Assembly: GCA_002633005.1 (NCBI GenBank)
Contig: NMRA01000776.1
Span: 56,948-120,947, forward strand
Source of the DNA: Phoronis australis
Taxonomy: Eukaryota; Animalia; Phoronida
Direction of reading: 5' to 3'
Length of the DNA: 64,000 nucleotides
The notes below the pieces were generated by a model, which was given only the letters and a program-made list of their open reading frames with translations, was not told where the DNA came from and ran no database searches. Shown here piece by piece: positions 12,401 through 27,400 of the stretch; position 1 is the stretch's first letter, and each line of letters starts with the position of its first letter. Made by a program: the position numbers and the translations under genes.

Positions 12401-15400
12401 ATTAATCTCGAAACTTGAGCCATAGATTACGGTAACCCTTTTTAAAATGTCACAAGTCTCCCTTTGAAAGCCACTGTCTTCTTTGCTCGAGGAACAAACA
12501 AAAATCCAACACAGTTCCCTCAGCCATCAACCATAAACATGCAAATCAACCCACACTCTACAGAGAAATGTCGAAAATCAAAAGATCATAACATTATCGA
12601 CAAAGGATTGCCACAAACTCGGACAAAGACATTTAATTTTATCAGGTTTTAATAATAGAAAGGATTCAAATCGCCCAATACTTCAGACTTCAAATAGAGA
12701 ATTTGTCATTTTATGGAAACTACAGACTTCAACTGTCTCTTACTTTAATTGCCTTGAACTTGCTAGTGTCATTATCAGCAAACTGCTTCAATACATGTCT
12801 GGCAGAATAGCCCAAAGAACACAGACCATGCAGTATGGGTTGGGAGAATCCTGCAGAAGAAAAACGGAATGTTAGAAAACTGATTTAATACATTACCGAG
12901 CACCTTAATCATTGTATTACTAAAAGGATAAAAATCCTGGTTGTGGCCTCTTAACAGAAGGTATTAAAAACAATTTTCCCATCCAATTCTCTGAAACAAG
13001 ATAATGGCACACCGTAACCTCCACAACCCTAAATACTTTGGAGGAAAATTTGAAAACTCCTTTCAAAGTCTGCTATACAGGCAAGCATGACCTACGCCTT
13101 TAGCGAATTACACAGCAACTGTGGGTAAAGACCACGCATGAAGAATCATAATATCCAATCTGTGACATAGGGAGTATGAGTTTTTATTTGATTCCTAGCT
13201 GTCTTTATGCATCACCAGTTGACAAATGAGTAGAAGTAATCGTCAAAACAGGGCTTAATGCCATTTAAATACACAGTGCTTATGACAAATTCATTTGGCT
13301 AGTAAACTAATGAGAATGGACACCTAAACAAGGAAACAAAATTCATGTGGTAACCAATGGAAACAAATTCCTCCATTTACAGGAGAAACGCGTGACTGCC
13401 CCAATTCAGCTATGGCCTAATCTCTCTGAAATGACTGAATCTTACTGTTCGACAACCTGCAGGTATGAGTTACGATATTCCTGACAGGAGATAAATGAGA
13501 CTTTGTATAGAGGCTAACTATGCAGCAGTTACCATTAAAGGCTGAATCTTCTTAAGAAGAAATTGCAACGTCTGGATGGAAGACATTGTCTCGTGACTAT
13601 CGATGATCAACTACAGAACAGTGCTCATCCATTACCAATATAATTGCTGTTTTAAACAGTTTTTTATACTTAAAGGTGTACGAAAAAAACAACAAAATAA
13701 AATCTATATAGCACTTTCTCCTACAACATTTGAAAGCAATATATTTCTAATACCTTAGTATCTGCAACATCTATGAGTCAAATACTCTTCAGTAAATCAC
13801 AGCATTGACTAATCTTTCTAAAATTGGACCGCCTCACTTGCTTTTTTCTAAATTAAACTAAATTTTGAAATCGATCCTACAGTGGCGAATCCATTATGGG
13901 AGGCTTTAAAATAATTATTCATTTAAAAAGGAACAGATTAAGACCAATTATTAAATGCAACTTCAATAAATCTGATTCAGTTTCCTCAACATGTAAGACC
14001 TTTCATATGTCCTCAGAGTTCTCACTGAGTACAAAAGCCAACCTGCTCACAGGCAATCAACAGAACAAAGCAGACAGGAAGTACATCAACTCACCTCCCA
14101 TTGCAGCAAAACTAGGATCAATGTGGAGAGGATTGTAGTCACCACTGAGCCTGTACACGGCTGCCTGGTCAATACTGGTCTTCTCTGTGACAGTGACATC
14201 TGGTTTGCGTGCAGGAGCTTTCACTGGCATGATGGCTCGGTCAGACGATCGCTTGCCACCAAACTTACCGGCACCAACCACAAAGATAGTAAACTGATTG
14301 AAGAACACTTTATTGCCAGCGTCGTCAAAGGTTTCCACTAAAAAGAAGATCATACAGAAAGCATAATGCAACATGTGCCATTTTGTTTCAAAATGTTTTC
14401 AAAGTTGGAATCAAGTGCAACAAAAAATTATTCCATGTTCACCAGGTGACACCAATACTTAATGTACCACATTTTGACATTCGAATAAATTGAGAGCAGA
14501 AAGCAATTCATCAACATGGTGGAGGCCCTGTGTCATAAGGGAATCGCGGTATCTGCCTGAATACAGGCATGTCTATGGAAGGTTCTTGTTTCACTTACAC
14601 ACAATACTTGCAGGTGGTCAGGTACAAGTTGTTTCAGATGTGCGCAGGTTGCTCAGGTGAGCCCATTGTACTGATCACCCATAAACATTTTCATGGTTTA
14701 TTAATATATAGTTAAAACCAAGCTGGGGAGCTGGAGAGCTGACTCAAGGGTCTTGCACTGTACCCCAGGGAGAATCGAATCCACGGAGTTGAGAAAAGGA
14801 AGTGAGCACGTATCCTAATAGGCCATACTGTTTCCTTTCAATTCGGACACCGAGTGAATTTTGATTTCCCAAATGGCTAAACCTGCTTGTCAATACTACA
14901 GCACCGCAAGATTCTCAATGACACACTGTTTAAACAGTCATCTGAGTCAGCCTATAGTGCTTGAGATAGGAATTTGGAGCAAATGTTTCGATACAGAGCC
15001 TCTTCAAACAGTTCTGTTGATAGGGGTTTTTTGATGATTATATAACACTAGAGTATTGTTTCCAGAGTGAAATGTAGTATAACGAATGATGGCATGTGTC
15101 TACTAGTGGAGACCGACGCTCGTCTTGTATGTATAAAGTACACATAGCAATAACATAATGACTTGATGTAATGGGACATAAGTATTTATAAAGACAACAT
15201 AGAGACTGGAGCAAGATAACAAGCCTACCATCAACAATGACAACACAACCGGAGCCCTTATCCAGGACATCTGCCACCATCACTTGAGAAGTAAGCGTAC
15301 CGCTGGTCGGGATTGGGTTGAACACTTCTAGGTACTGTTCTCCATGAAGAATCTAAACAACCAAACAAATGCAGCACTCGTATACATGCAGTCTAAATGC

Positions 15401-18400
15401 CAAATACGGCATTCACATATCGTCCAACCTGAAAGCAGATTGGATGCTTGGTCGGCAATACAAAAAAATTCACAAAATCAACACTTCCCAGAGATCTCAG
15501 CCACCCTCTCACCACCCTCTCAGCCACCCTCTCACCACCTTCTTAGCCACCCTCTTACCACCCATCAGACAGCAGAACTGCTCTCATCTTGCCAGAAGAA
15601 GTCTACAATTTGATGGCACGGTTTACGGCAAGGCTGTGGCCGGCCACGGTGATTGCAAGAGATTAAAACAAAGTAGTAAATTGTACACAATGTTAACGCT
15701 CATTACTCACAAGATGGCAGACACGGTGCCTAGTGAATGCTACTTTTAAGCATCTGATCTGCCATTGGACAACAGGCCCTATGTGCTATGCTATAAACAT
15801 TCAAAACCCGAACGTGGTAGTAGAAAAAACAGTGTCCCAACAACACTGAAATTAATATTATAATTGAAACAGTACAACACATTGAAATAGAGGAGTTCCA
15901 GAACAAAATTGACTATTCTATACTTTTAATCAAAGATTATAATTATGTAACGTTTTCACTTCTGGTTTTACATGATCATTAAATTATATTACTTACAACA
16001 GAAATTTGCTAAAAAACACAGTGACCAAGGATACTTAGCTATCTTGTGTTTCACATTTGAAAGATAATACTACTGTTGAAAGCACACATTGTAAATTTCA
16101 ACGCTATGTATTTGTAATTACTTAGACCTGCCTCCAGGAATCAAATGACGAATGCATCTACATGTACCAATAACGCATACATTACTCACCTTTGTCATGT
16201 CTATAGGTAACCCAGGCCATTGTCCTGTGAACACAGGCTTTAGTGACATCTGAGCCGGTATGAAGCCGAAAGTAGGAAACAAGCAGAAGCCGTCGGAGAA
16301 CTCGAACAAGAACTTCAGGTGATCCTCTTGGGAAGTGGACACGCCAACTATCAGGAACAAGAGGTCATTGTTAAGAAAGGGAACAGGTAAAGGTCACATG
16401 ACTTCAAGCACAATCATCATGTATATTTCAAGGCTACTAACTACCTAGTAAACAATTCGAGTACTTTTCGCAAAACTGATGTTCTCAATTTCAGGAAAGA
16501 TTGCTACTTTATATAATTACCTCAGTTTGCATGTCAGTCACATCCCGTTCACGAGAACAAAAACCGCACAAGTCACATCTAACCGCTCAAAATGACCCGT
16601 CATTCCACCGTTATTCTGCCTAGCTCAGATGGCTAGTCGTCAATTTGAGCGATAAGATACGATTACTGTAGCAATACTACACAGTACGCAAAAAAGCAAA
16701 CAAAAAGACTCAGAATGTCCTGTCATGACAACTGAGTATAAGTGATGAAGGGTCATAAAGTGTTATGGAAACAACAGACCGTGTGTTGTAACAACAGAGA
16801 CAGAAACATAGGTCTGTGTTGTAACAACAGAACGTGTGTTGTATACAACAGACCACAAAGCACCATTCACGGAAATCCTCTTTTGATCATTGATCCCTGC
16901 TTATAAATTACCACCGGGTGACGTTTCATGATAAACCTTGCATGAAAAATTAAACAAATCAACCAGTAATTCATATTCATAAGATACCTCTAGTGATAAA
17001 TTGTGATAAAACAATTAATAGAGCCAAAGGAATGCTTACTTCCAAGGTTATAGAGAATGACATCACGGAATGTGTAGGAGAACTCGTCTGGAGCCACTTT
17101 GGTGGCCTTCGCTAATTCCTGAGGAAAGAACTTATCCATGAAATGAAAATCAAATACATTATTCAGGACCTTGTGATTTATAGTATTTTGCCTAGTAAAT
17201 CTAAGCAGTCCACTCATCACTATCATTATTTAATTTGTAGATAGCAATTATTATAATAACGTTATCCTTTACAAAAATTGATCTTTTTACACAATTAAAA
17301 AATAAAATAATGAGAAAAAGGTAACACACAAATTTGAATTATTTATCACGACACTACTTCACAAAAATTGCACACAGATTTTCATTTCAGTATCAAAACA
17401 TAACTTAAAATCAACTTTCATGCCCATTTCCAGTGGTCAATAAGTAAATAGAAAGACCTTCAGTCTGTGGTGATTATCAACAGATTCATTGTTTATGAAG
17501 TGAGTAATTCAAACCCAGGGAATACCAGTAAGTATGTGTGTTTTATACAAGGGGGATTCGCTTTAAGTTTCGATTCCGAGTAACCTTTCAAGTGAGATCC
17601 GAAATAAAGATGGTGAAATAATCATTGACAACCAAAGTTGCCGAAAATTGTTCGAAAATTAGTCACAAGGGTTGGTGAAAAGAGAACCAAGAAAAGTTTG
17701 TCTTCCACATGTCAAGCTGTTAAACACCACATGAAATATCAAAAAGTCTCAGCAAAGAAAGGACAGCTGTGTTAGTCGAATTCTCTGTATGGACACTGCT
17801 TTGGTTGTTACAAAAACCAGGCAGGGATGATGTTGTGCTATCCTCAGGTGAAACTTGGTGACCGTGTGAACGACCAACAACAGCATATCAGCAGAGAATC
17901 AACGGAGCAGTAAATTAGAAAAAAAGCAGTCAAACATTTTTGCTGATCAGTATTTTGCCAACTTTAAACAAGGACACATCTCGTCAACTTTTTTTTGAAA
18001 GCTACTGTAGGCTAATGATGACTGACTGCAGACAACGAAACTAAGTGACTGTCTAGAATAGCATCATTGGCACTAACGAACTGTAACTTCAGTCTGTGAC
18101 TCAGCTTCACTCTTACACTCAAGAGATTACACAAAAGAAAAATCCCTCACTGGATTTATTTTGCCGGGCTCTCCACTGTCAGCAGCTGTGATTGGTTGGT
18201 CTTGATCCACTGTGCTCTCAAGGGCTTTCATGACGGCAGAGGTGTTTTCTGGAATGGAAAATTAATTGCAATGAGATGGTACTTTCACTGCTCGTATCAA
18301 TGCCATTGATCGATGTATCCAATTACCATCTAAACCAAAACTGATGGCTGGTTACAGTTTCCACTAATAATACGTGTTCACAGAGGCAACACCAGCCGTA

Positions 18401-21400
18401 TAAAAACCACTATCTACTGTAAGCCTACACCCACCGACCAATGGTGGCCCCACTGAGGCTATATCTTATACAAAAGGTCAGTTGGCAAGCAGTCTTTTGT
18501 TAGTTACAAAATCTTGCTTGACTAGGACCCCTTGCATACATACCTAGGAGAGACCAAGCGTACTATGGGCACTGGACCTAAAGAGCATAGAAACTGGGAA
18601 AACCTACAGCAGTTGGTCAGTATTCGTACCCAGCACCCCCCAATGAACCAAGACCTGGGTGTGAACTTACTCCCCCCCCCCTCCGTGCAGTCAACTGCTA
18701 CTTAACAACGAAAGGGTGTCGGCTACCTCAGTCGCTGACGAAAGCCGATTGTAGTCGACTGAAACTTTCGACTAACTGATTTACACCCAGTCTCCTCATC
18801 ACTGAGTCTGCATTATATTTAACATGACATCAGGGGACAATGAACAATNAACATTTATTTTGGAACTCAAATCTGCAAGTAAATTTGATATCATAAGGGC
18901 AAACAATATCTCGGATAATTGAAAGAATAAAGTTAATAACAGAACAATAGTGTACAGACTGGAATGGCAACCTCAAAAAGATACAATGACTGCTCTAAAG
19001 AGAGGTTACCATAAAACAACATTATTTGGAATCAAATTGACCTGTGGATGTTGCTAGTGATGTAAACATGCAAGCAAAGAAAACCTGCTTTTGACACCAG
19101 AACATGGTTTAGTTGATCCTGAACACAAATTGAAGATAAACGATGTACGACTTATTAACACACCTCTACCAGCTTACCTTGGGATATCCAGCCCCCACCA
19201 GCCTCAAACAGGCACCCACTATCAGGAGTGTCTTCGTGACACAGGTAGACCACCAGGGGTGCCACAAACTCAGGCTTGATAGCATTGATGAGGTCTGAAA
19301 CATAAAAAACAGATTGCTAAGATATGCAGCAGAACCTTGTCACTAAAAGGAACCACCAAGACACAGTTTGTATCATCTCAATATTTATGTTTTACCTTTA
19401 ATATTTCTCAGGGTGCATTATCTTAATATTTATCAGTCTGTATGTTCTTAATAATTCTCAGTTTAATATTAGTGTGTTCAGTGAAACACGTAATCTTTCC
19501 TAGCTACGTTTGTCAGTGGAGTATGCTGCAAAACTCTAAGTCACCAATGAGAAACACAGCACCAACTTCAAAGTGTTGTAATAGTTGTTGGTGGTTGTGA
19601 ACAGTTGTACAGTAACTGTTGTTGTTGTTGTTGCTGATGTTGTTCTTGGACTTAGTGCATCACTAGAACACTATTCGCTTGCCGTGAACACATCCCTAAC
19701 ATTCAAACACGGCAACAGTTAGTTTGAAAACATTTACGGTGTTAAACAGACTTCACTAACTTCACGAAACTTTAACACTTCATAGTTACACATTGTACAA
19801 CAAGTCACACGCAAATTTATAATGACCATCCCAGATGTTGACTGTCTGGAGTCAATGATTTGTTGATACTCTGACATACGAGTCGTTGCGAGGTAAAAGT
19901 GTCATCTACTAAAAATCATCATTTTCAAATCCTATCCAATGATAACAATTTCTCGGAGCAGATTTTAAACATGCATGAAGGTCGAGTAGTCTGACATAAC
20001 ATAATGGTTTTGAATAGTTGAATAAGCATATCATGCAAGGGGGTCAAGGGGCTGCAAACCCCCCCTATTCCCTTGATTTTGGTACATTGAACTTAGAATT
20101 GTTGACTAGGACCCCCTTTTCAAAAAACTCTTGATCCGACCCACCCTTTAAAAAATCCTGGATCCACCCCATTGTACAACACAGAATAGTCGGACAAATT
20201 TGCTCNCCAGCTTACCTTGGGATATCCAGCCCCCACCAGCCTCAAACAGGCACCCACTATCAGGAGTGTCTTCGTGACACAGGTAGACCACCAGGGGTGC
20301 CACAAACTCAGGCTTGATAGCATTGATGAGGTCTGAAACATAAAAAACAGATTGCTAAGATATACAGCAGAACCTTGTCACTAAAAGGAACCACCAAGAG
20401 ACAGTTTGTATCATCTCAATATTTATGTTTTACCTTAATATTTCTCAGGGTGCATTATCTTAATATTTATCAGTCTGTATTTTCTTAATAATTCTCAGTT
20501 TAATATTATTGTGTTCAGTGAAACACGTAATCTTTCCTAGCTATGTTTGTCAGTGGAGTATGCTGCAAAACTCTCAGTCACCAATGAGAAACACAGCACC
20601 AACTTCAAAGTGTTGTAATTATAGTTGTTGGTGGTTGTGAACAGTTGTTGTTGTTGTTGCTGTTGTTGTTGGACTTAGTGCATCACAAGAACACTATTCA
20701 CTTGCCATGAACACATCCCTAACATTCAAACACGGCAACAGTTAGTTTGAAAACATTTACGGTGTTAAACAGACTTCACTAACTTCATGAAACTTTAACA
20801 CTTCATAGGTACACATTGTTTACAACAACAAGTCACACGCAAATTTACAATGACCATCCCAGATGTTGACTGTCTGGAATCAATGATTTGTTGATACTCT
20901 GACATACGAGTCGTTGCGAGGTAAAAGTGTCAACTACTAAAAATCAAGATTTTCAAATCCTATCCAATGATAACAATTTCTCGGAGCAGATTTTAAACAT
21001 GTATAAAGGTCGAGTAGTCTGACATAACATAATGGTTTTGAATAGTTGAATAAGCATATCATGCAAGGGGGTCAAGGGGCTGCAAACCCCCCCTATTCCC
21101 TTGATTTTAGTATATTGAACTTAGAATTGTTGACTAGGACCCCCTTTTCAAAAAACTCTTGATCCGACCCACCCTTTAAAAAATCCTGGATCCACCCCAT
21201 TGTACAACACAGAATAGTCGGACAAATTTGCTCTCTTGTGAATCACCAGCATGTGGACATTAGGAAACTTTTATGCTTTTATTCTTTAATTAAGAGTGGA
21301 AACGTTAGGTGGCCACACGCCTGAGTTCCAGCAATGATAACAGAAACAATATTATTTCCAAACTTATATATACCAAACTTGAGGTAAACGCACATCTCCA

Positions 21401-24400
21401 AACTCCACACATGCCACAAAAATTAGCTATACACAGTAACCAAACTCCATACACAGTGATCACATTCCATACACAAGGACCAAATTACAGTGACCAAGCA
21501 AACCAAACTGTGTCAGGACGATTGTAACCATGAATGGAGTTTGATCACCAGACACGGAGCATCTTCAATGCACAAGTTTAGTATAGAGGCACAGGTCTAG
21601 AATTTTTGCTGCAGGCCACATTATGATTCTACTCCCTGTTAAATTTGCAACAAAGCCGCATATTAAGTATGTTATTTACCTTCTGGCATGACAGTGGCCG
21701 TGAGTCGTGAACCAGCCATCGGTGCTATGGTGTTACACTTGATGTTATTTTTAGCACCCTCTATTGCCAGCGTGTTACTAAGACCTAGCAGACCCAATTT
21801 GGCTGAAAGCAAATTAATAGATTGAGTTAACAAATGTCCAGTCAATCAGTAGCTTGTATGTTTGATTCAGCGCTACTTCTCATCTGAAGATGAATGCAAG
21901 AACAAGCACGACTTTTTGCCTGGTTTTTGATGCTGAAATGTTGGTTCTACTTGTCGCGCTTTCCCCTGAATCAACATAGGCACAGAGTTATGTAGTCAGG
22001 TGAATGGAAGGACATGCTATAGAACCCTAGAACAATCTGCAAATTTTGCCGTCACAACATCATATCTCACAAACGGCTCAAAGGATTCACATGAAACTCT
22101 CAGATGCTATGTTTTAAGTAATGATCTCCAAAACAAAGTCACAAATTGTATATAAAATGTTCCACTTTTAGATGATGGAACATCACAAGTAGGACCAGTT
22201 GTGATTTTCTTAATGAAAAAAAATCTATACTTGCATAAAATGAAAACATTCTTTTGCTATGGGGTGCACATTTTTTGCTACATTTTAATAAAGACAAGGT
22301 CAAATAAGCCAATTCATGACAAATTGCTAAAAAGTAACGAAATCTAATTCATCAGGTTTTCTACGTTCAGAACATTTACAGACTAAGTTAAAATTTTTAG
22401 TTTTGTAATGCACATACTCATCAACAAGATCCAATAAATCTTAACTGGTAGGCAACTGAAGAACACAGTGTTATACCTGCACTGTAATTGGCCTGTCCAA
22501 AGTTGCCATAGATACCAGCAGCAGACGTGGTCATGATAATCCTGAAGCAGCGAAAAATGAGGTTTGAAAAAAACAATGTGTGATTTTTCATGAACGTACA
22601 CAATATAACGCATCAGTTGAGTGAAAATTAAACTTTACAAACTCAAATGTCTATAATATGAACTTGACAGCGCAAGCGTGCCAGATAAAGAGGCTTGATT
22701 ACAACGGCTGGTAAGAACCAGCTATCAAGATTGACAATTTATCATTAAGACTACTTATTGCAAGCTTGTAAAACTTTCTTCACTTTCCCTTCAATTAGAC
22801 ATCCAGTTGATAAATATAGAAAAGAACAAAATCCGACTTGGATTTCAACTGAGTGGCATTGCATCCCCATCGCGAGGACATTCACTAGCTAATTTCTCTA
22901 CGAACACGTAGAATGCCCCTCTTTGAATCGCCAAGTCGGGTTAAGATTCCAACTTTCTAAGACATGAGATCACATGCTACATTTCATTCCACACCGATTT
23001 TGTCATCAGCCGAACGTCACCACGACATCAGTTAGTGAAAATCCCAGCGATGACGATGCAATGTCGCTCAGTTAAAATGTAAGTTAAGTATTAGAATTTA
23101 GTTATTTTCATGATCTCCTCTTTCTTCCTCTACCCTGACCAGAAGTGATGGCTGGGCCTAGGAACAACTTGGAACAGTTTCTGAGCTCAATAGTTTTTTC
23201 CCACCTGGAGGGTCATTTTATAGGTCAGAATTAGTTAAAAACTGCCAAATGCTTCTAAAGAAAAAGTAGAGACCAAATTTAAAAGTGTTAAAAAGTGGTA
23301 TTTATTTTTAGCAGAAACTACACAGTATGTTCGCAGCAGCTTTTTATTTTTATAAGCTAATTAATTTACAACACACAATTTGCCAGTAGGTTGACTCTTT
23401 CAATCGTCTACCTTCCATAGTTTTGTTTCTTCATATGAGGCCAAGCCGCCCGTGTGACCAAGAAGGAGCCTCGTAAGTGGACCCGCTGAATAATATCCCA
23501 GTCTTCATCGCTGATCCGTGCAAACGATTTGTCTCGGAGAATCCCTGCATTGTTGACCACGATATCTGCACGGAAAGAAAATAACTAAAAGTCAAAAACA
23601 TTATGATACAGTTAACACGCACCTCAATATCAGATACCTTAGCCTTAGAATAGATTCATAGAAATTTGCATTAGGTGCAAAGCTGTGAGAAATATTAAAC
23701 ATAAAGTTGCCCAGAACGAAAATGTTTCTTTACCACACTTCTGCATGTTAAAACTTTCTCAAAATTAAAACGCATCAAACACCACCGTGACGCTAACAAG
23801 GCATTTTAGATCAAACACCACCTAACACAACTCATACAAAACCTTTACTTCGTAAGTCTAGGCTTACCGTAAACCCTGTCAACTATTATTCATTGGCAAC
23901 AATTTGTTACAAAAACAGACAGGATTATGGTAGACCATGTGTACTAATTGTTCACAGACAACCCTTTAAATGCACCCAGCAATTTACAAAGAGCCAAATA
24001 TTGCAGAGATTTATGTCATCATATTTTACTGATAAAAAATAACTCGCATGAATTCCACAGTTGGTAAATGGGTACTAGTATTCGTTCAACAAAATAGACA
24101 TAGAATATGACATTTGAACTCACCAATGCGACCAAAGTTGTCGAGAGCTGTTTGTACGAGTTTTTCTCCGTCTTCTACAGAGTCTAACAAAAAGAACAAA
24201 ACAAAGAGTTCATCACAGTGAAGAGACAATGTACTGTACCTCATATCTCAAAGCTACCCTTCAAACTGAAAACTAATATACTTAACACGGACTCCAACCT
24301 ACTGCTTCTTAAAGATTATGTTTAACTTATTAGTAAACTCTCAACAACTTAACATTGCACAGAATGCATATAACTTAATTATATAATTGTGTGAATATCC

Positions 24401-27400
24401 CATTATTTCAACAGTTACTGCTGTTTGCTTCCAAATACACACGATCCACTGTGCCTGCCCTGTTGGGGGCCGTAACAAAACTAGTAAGCAGCTTTAAGTA
24501 TCATTATTGCAGCTAAAGACCTCAACTTGGTCATTGACAAAAACTGTAAAAAGACCGATACGACCAACGAATTCCACAAAGAATACTGTTCTAGGAGACA
24601 GCACAGTTGTTAGACCTGCCTTAAAGTCTGTGCCAGACATGCTATTGTCCGCAACAATACATCTGTCAAATTTGATACCGATCCTCACACCTGTAAACTT
24701 TGATACCGATCCTCTGAATGGTTTAACAGATACAGAGGAACACGACAAAAACAGACTCAAGAATAATAAAAAATGGGCATTAGGTGATGCAGAATAAATC
24801 GAAAAAAGGCATTTGTTTGTTCTCTTTAACAGGATGCCAAATTTCATAAAAATCCATCTAAGAACTCGGAAGATACAATGATAAACGTAGGAAATAAAAT
24901 TGCCACTAGAGGCACAACGGTCATCAGATCAGTTTGAAACTCATTGCCATCCATTGCCAGCTTTGTAGGAACACATCTGTCCAAATCTCCCGAAGAACCT
25001 ACAAGGGGTATGGGCGATACAGCTGCAGAAACTGGAAGCCAGAACGTCCAGGTAGAGACAATAACAATATTCTCCCACATGCAAGTGCATTATAACAAGC
25101 ACATCAATGAGGAACGCCTTACTGTAGTTGGCTACTGCTTTTCCCCCATTGGCTCTGATTTCTTGTACAACCAGGTCAGCAGGCCGTGAGCTTTGACCCC
25201 CTCCTTTTATCCCTCCTCCAAGGTCATTGACTGAAAAAAATTAATTCTATAAACACATCACGAAAGAAAACACTTAAAGACTGGTTTGTATGACCTTATT
25301 GTCAAGAAAGTGCAATTAGCCAAATACCTAGAAAACTGTTGGAAGTGAGATAAGAATTTCAAAATAATTGTTGCACAACCATTCGATCTCTGAAGGCGAA
25401 CATGTTAAGTTTCAGTAATGCATCAGTGACTAATAGCTTGGTATTGAATGAGTAAAAAAATTAATTCAAAAGGTATAATTGCCATTCATACTGAGTTCGA
25501 GTCTAGCTCAATGCATGAGGTTACATATCATGTTTAGCCATCAGATTTCATAAAACAGCGCTCATGATGACAAGGTGACACTGCTTTTGGTAAATCATGT
25601 GAATAAGATTTAGTGTTCTGTAGTAATGGTGCTAACGTTTTGCAGACAGGGCAAACTGAAGATTCATGAAAACAACACAGTGTGTAGTTCAACAACAGTG
25701 TGTAATTCTCAACAACAGTGTGTAATTCTCAACAATGTGCAATTCAACAACAGTGTGTAATTCAAACTTACCAACAACACTAGCACCGCGTTGAGCGAAT
25801 AGCAGGGCATACTGTTTACCAAGGCCTGAAATGAACAGTGACAGTAACTAACAGGTTCAACCCAATCTTTACACAACAGGTAAATTTAGTTCATTGTACC
25901 TTATGTTAAAAGCACCACTCTCACCATTCTGAAGTCATTAATGGCCAAACTAATGTAATGCACCCTTGGGCTCATTGCCGAAGTTTTGTCTAAATCACCA
26001 CAAGAATCCTAAATTTAAGCAAACAGCCAGAAACAATAGTACCAATGTTCCACTCAGTATACTCTGACCACAGACTCAAGGATCTAGTGGTTAGAATGCT
26101 GGACTGACAACTACAAGGTACTAGGTTTTAATCCCACAATCCAATTGCCCGTCATGAGTGCGCCAGGTATTTGAGCTCCTTCCAAGAACAAAGCAACACC
26201 CAAAGACGGCTAGAGAAATGACTGACCGAAAACTTGTGCCGACGTAAATTAGGCTAGAGATTGATCATGTGAATTGGCAAATATGTTTTAGAAATGATGT
26301 TACATTTACCAAATTTGATAACTCAAGGAGGAGAGTAGTTTTAAATAACATTTACGTTCATGCATGACTTTGTTTTGATCTTGTTTTACCAAGATTATTC
26401 ATAAGTGCGCTGATATGAATTTACAGGTTTCGGGTGTCATATACTCTCTAAATTACTTGCCAAATGACATTAATTTTGCCTCTTGGATAAATGGTTTGGA
26501 TGCTTGACTTTTGTGCTAGCAGCTCGTGTTCCACTAGCCTTGATGCAAACGAAGCTATATAAATATAAAATTGCACTAATGCAGATAAAAACCAGGTCAA
26601 AAATCTGACACAAAATTAATGTCATCAAAAACTACACTCAGATTTCTTTGACTAAATTAAATTAGATAAAAAAATTGCCATTCTACTGTGATTCTGCTGT
26701 TAAAGTTGTTGAATGACCACGTGTGTGTTAATTGGCTTTCACCACCATGAAATAGAGCGTCACTTATAGGCCAATTTCAATTTCCTCTTTGCCGATTTTT
26801 CAATCAACTGCTATTTTTCTTCCACAAGACTGCGTATATGTCACAACAAATTATTGGAACAGGTTTCATGCTTTTTAGTATTTAAACACGTACAGCTAAA
26901 CCAAATTTTGTGCGAAGTTTTCATCATCGAGAGACGTCACAACTGGCGTAGTCACATCAATGTACTGTTTTCAAGTCAACGACAGACTTTTCTTTGTAAC
27001 TAAAACCAAAAACTTATGCAAGAAAACAATATTTTTTACAATGTTTTTCACTCAGATGCATTGGGCAAGGGAGATGACGATTGATTACCCAATTCCGCAT
27101 GCAGAGCCCTGCCATTTGTAAGTTCTACATGTTGATCTCAAGTTTCATGGCAAGGTCACAAACTGAGTAACTCAGGTGATGTGAAATGTTGAGGTCTATA
27201 TGAGGTTAACACGCAGTGGTTCCTATTTGCATTTTTATATGACTAGAACTAGAACTAGAAGGCTTGCCAGCTAGTGCCGGTTCCAACCACCATCGGCTGG
27301 ATTTTTCAAGCAGCGCCAAACATCGGTAGAATCCAGGATATGGAAGGGCACACACAAAACTCAAAAGGCATACAGGGAGTCATTCATCCNAAGAAACTGT

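Larger units (their letters stand above)
19169..21233. repeat. ~1.03-kb duplication across an N that includes one HSD17B4 exon (probable haplotype duplication)
   Basis: 19169-20205 vs 20207-21233, N at 20206. Confidence 0.9.

Noticed and set aside
19169-21233. Tandem duplication of an in-frame 117-nt HSD17B4 exon (mutually exclusive splicing)
   Set aside because: The exon copies are identical, the duplication boundary coincides with a single N, and the same pattern recurs at three other Ns; haplotype or overlap artefact is more likely
25670-25764. CRISPR-like short repeats (also 16770-16855 and 59565-59630)
   Set aside because: Head-to-tail minisatellites without unique spacers, in eukaryotic DNA with no cas genes
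26075-26140. tRNA gene (also 14745-14835)
   Set aside because: No complete cloverleaf or acceptor stem; better read as SINE heads
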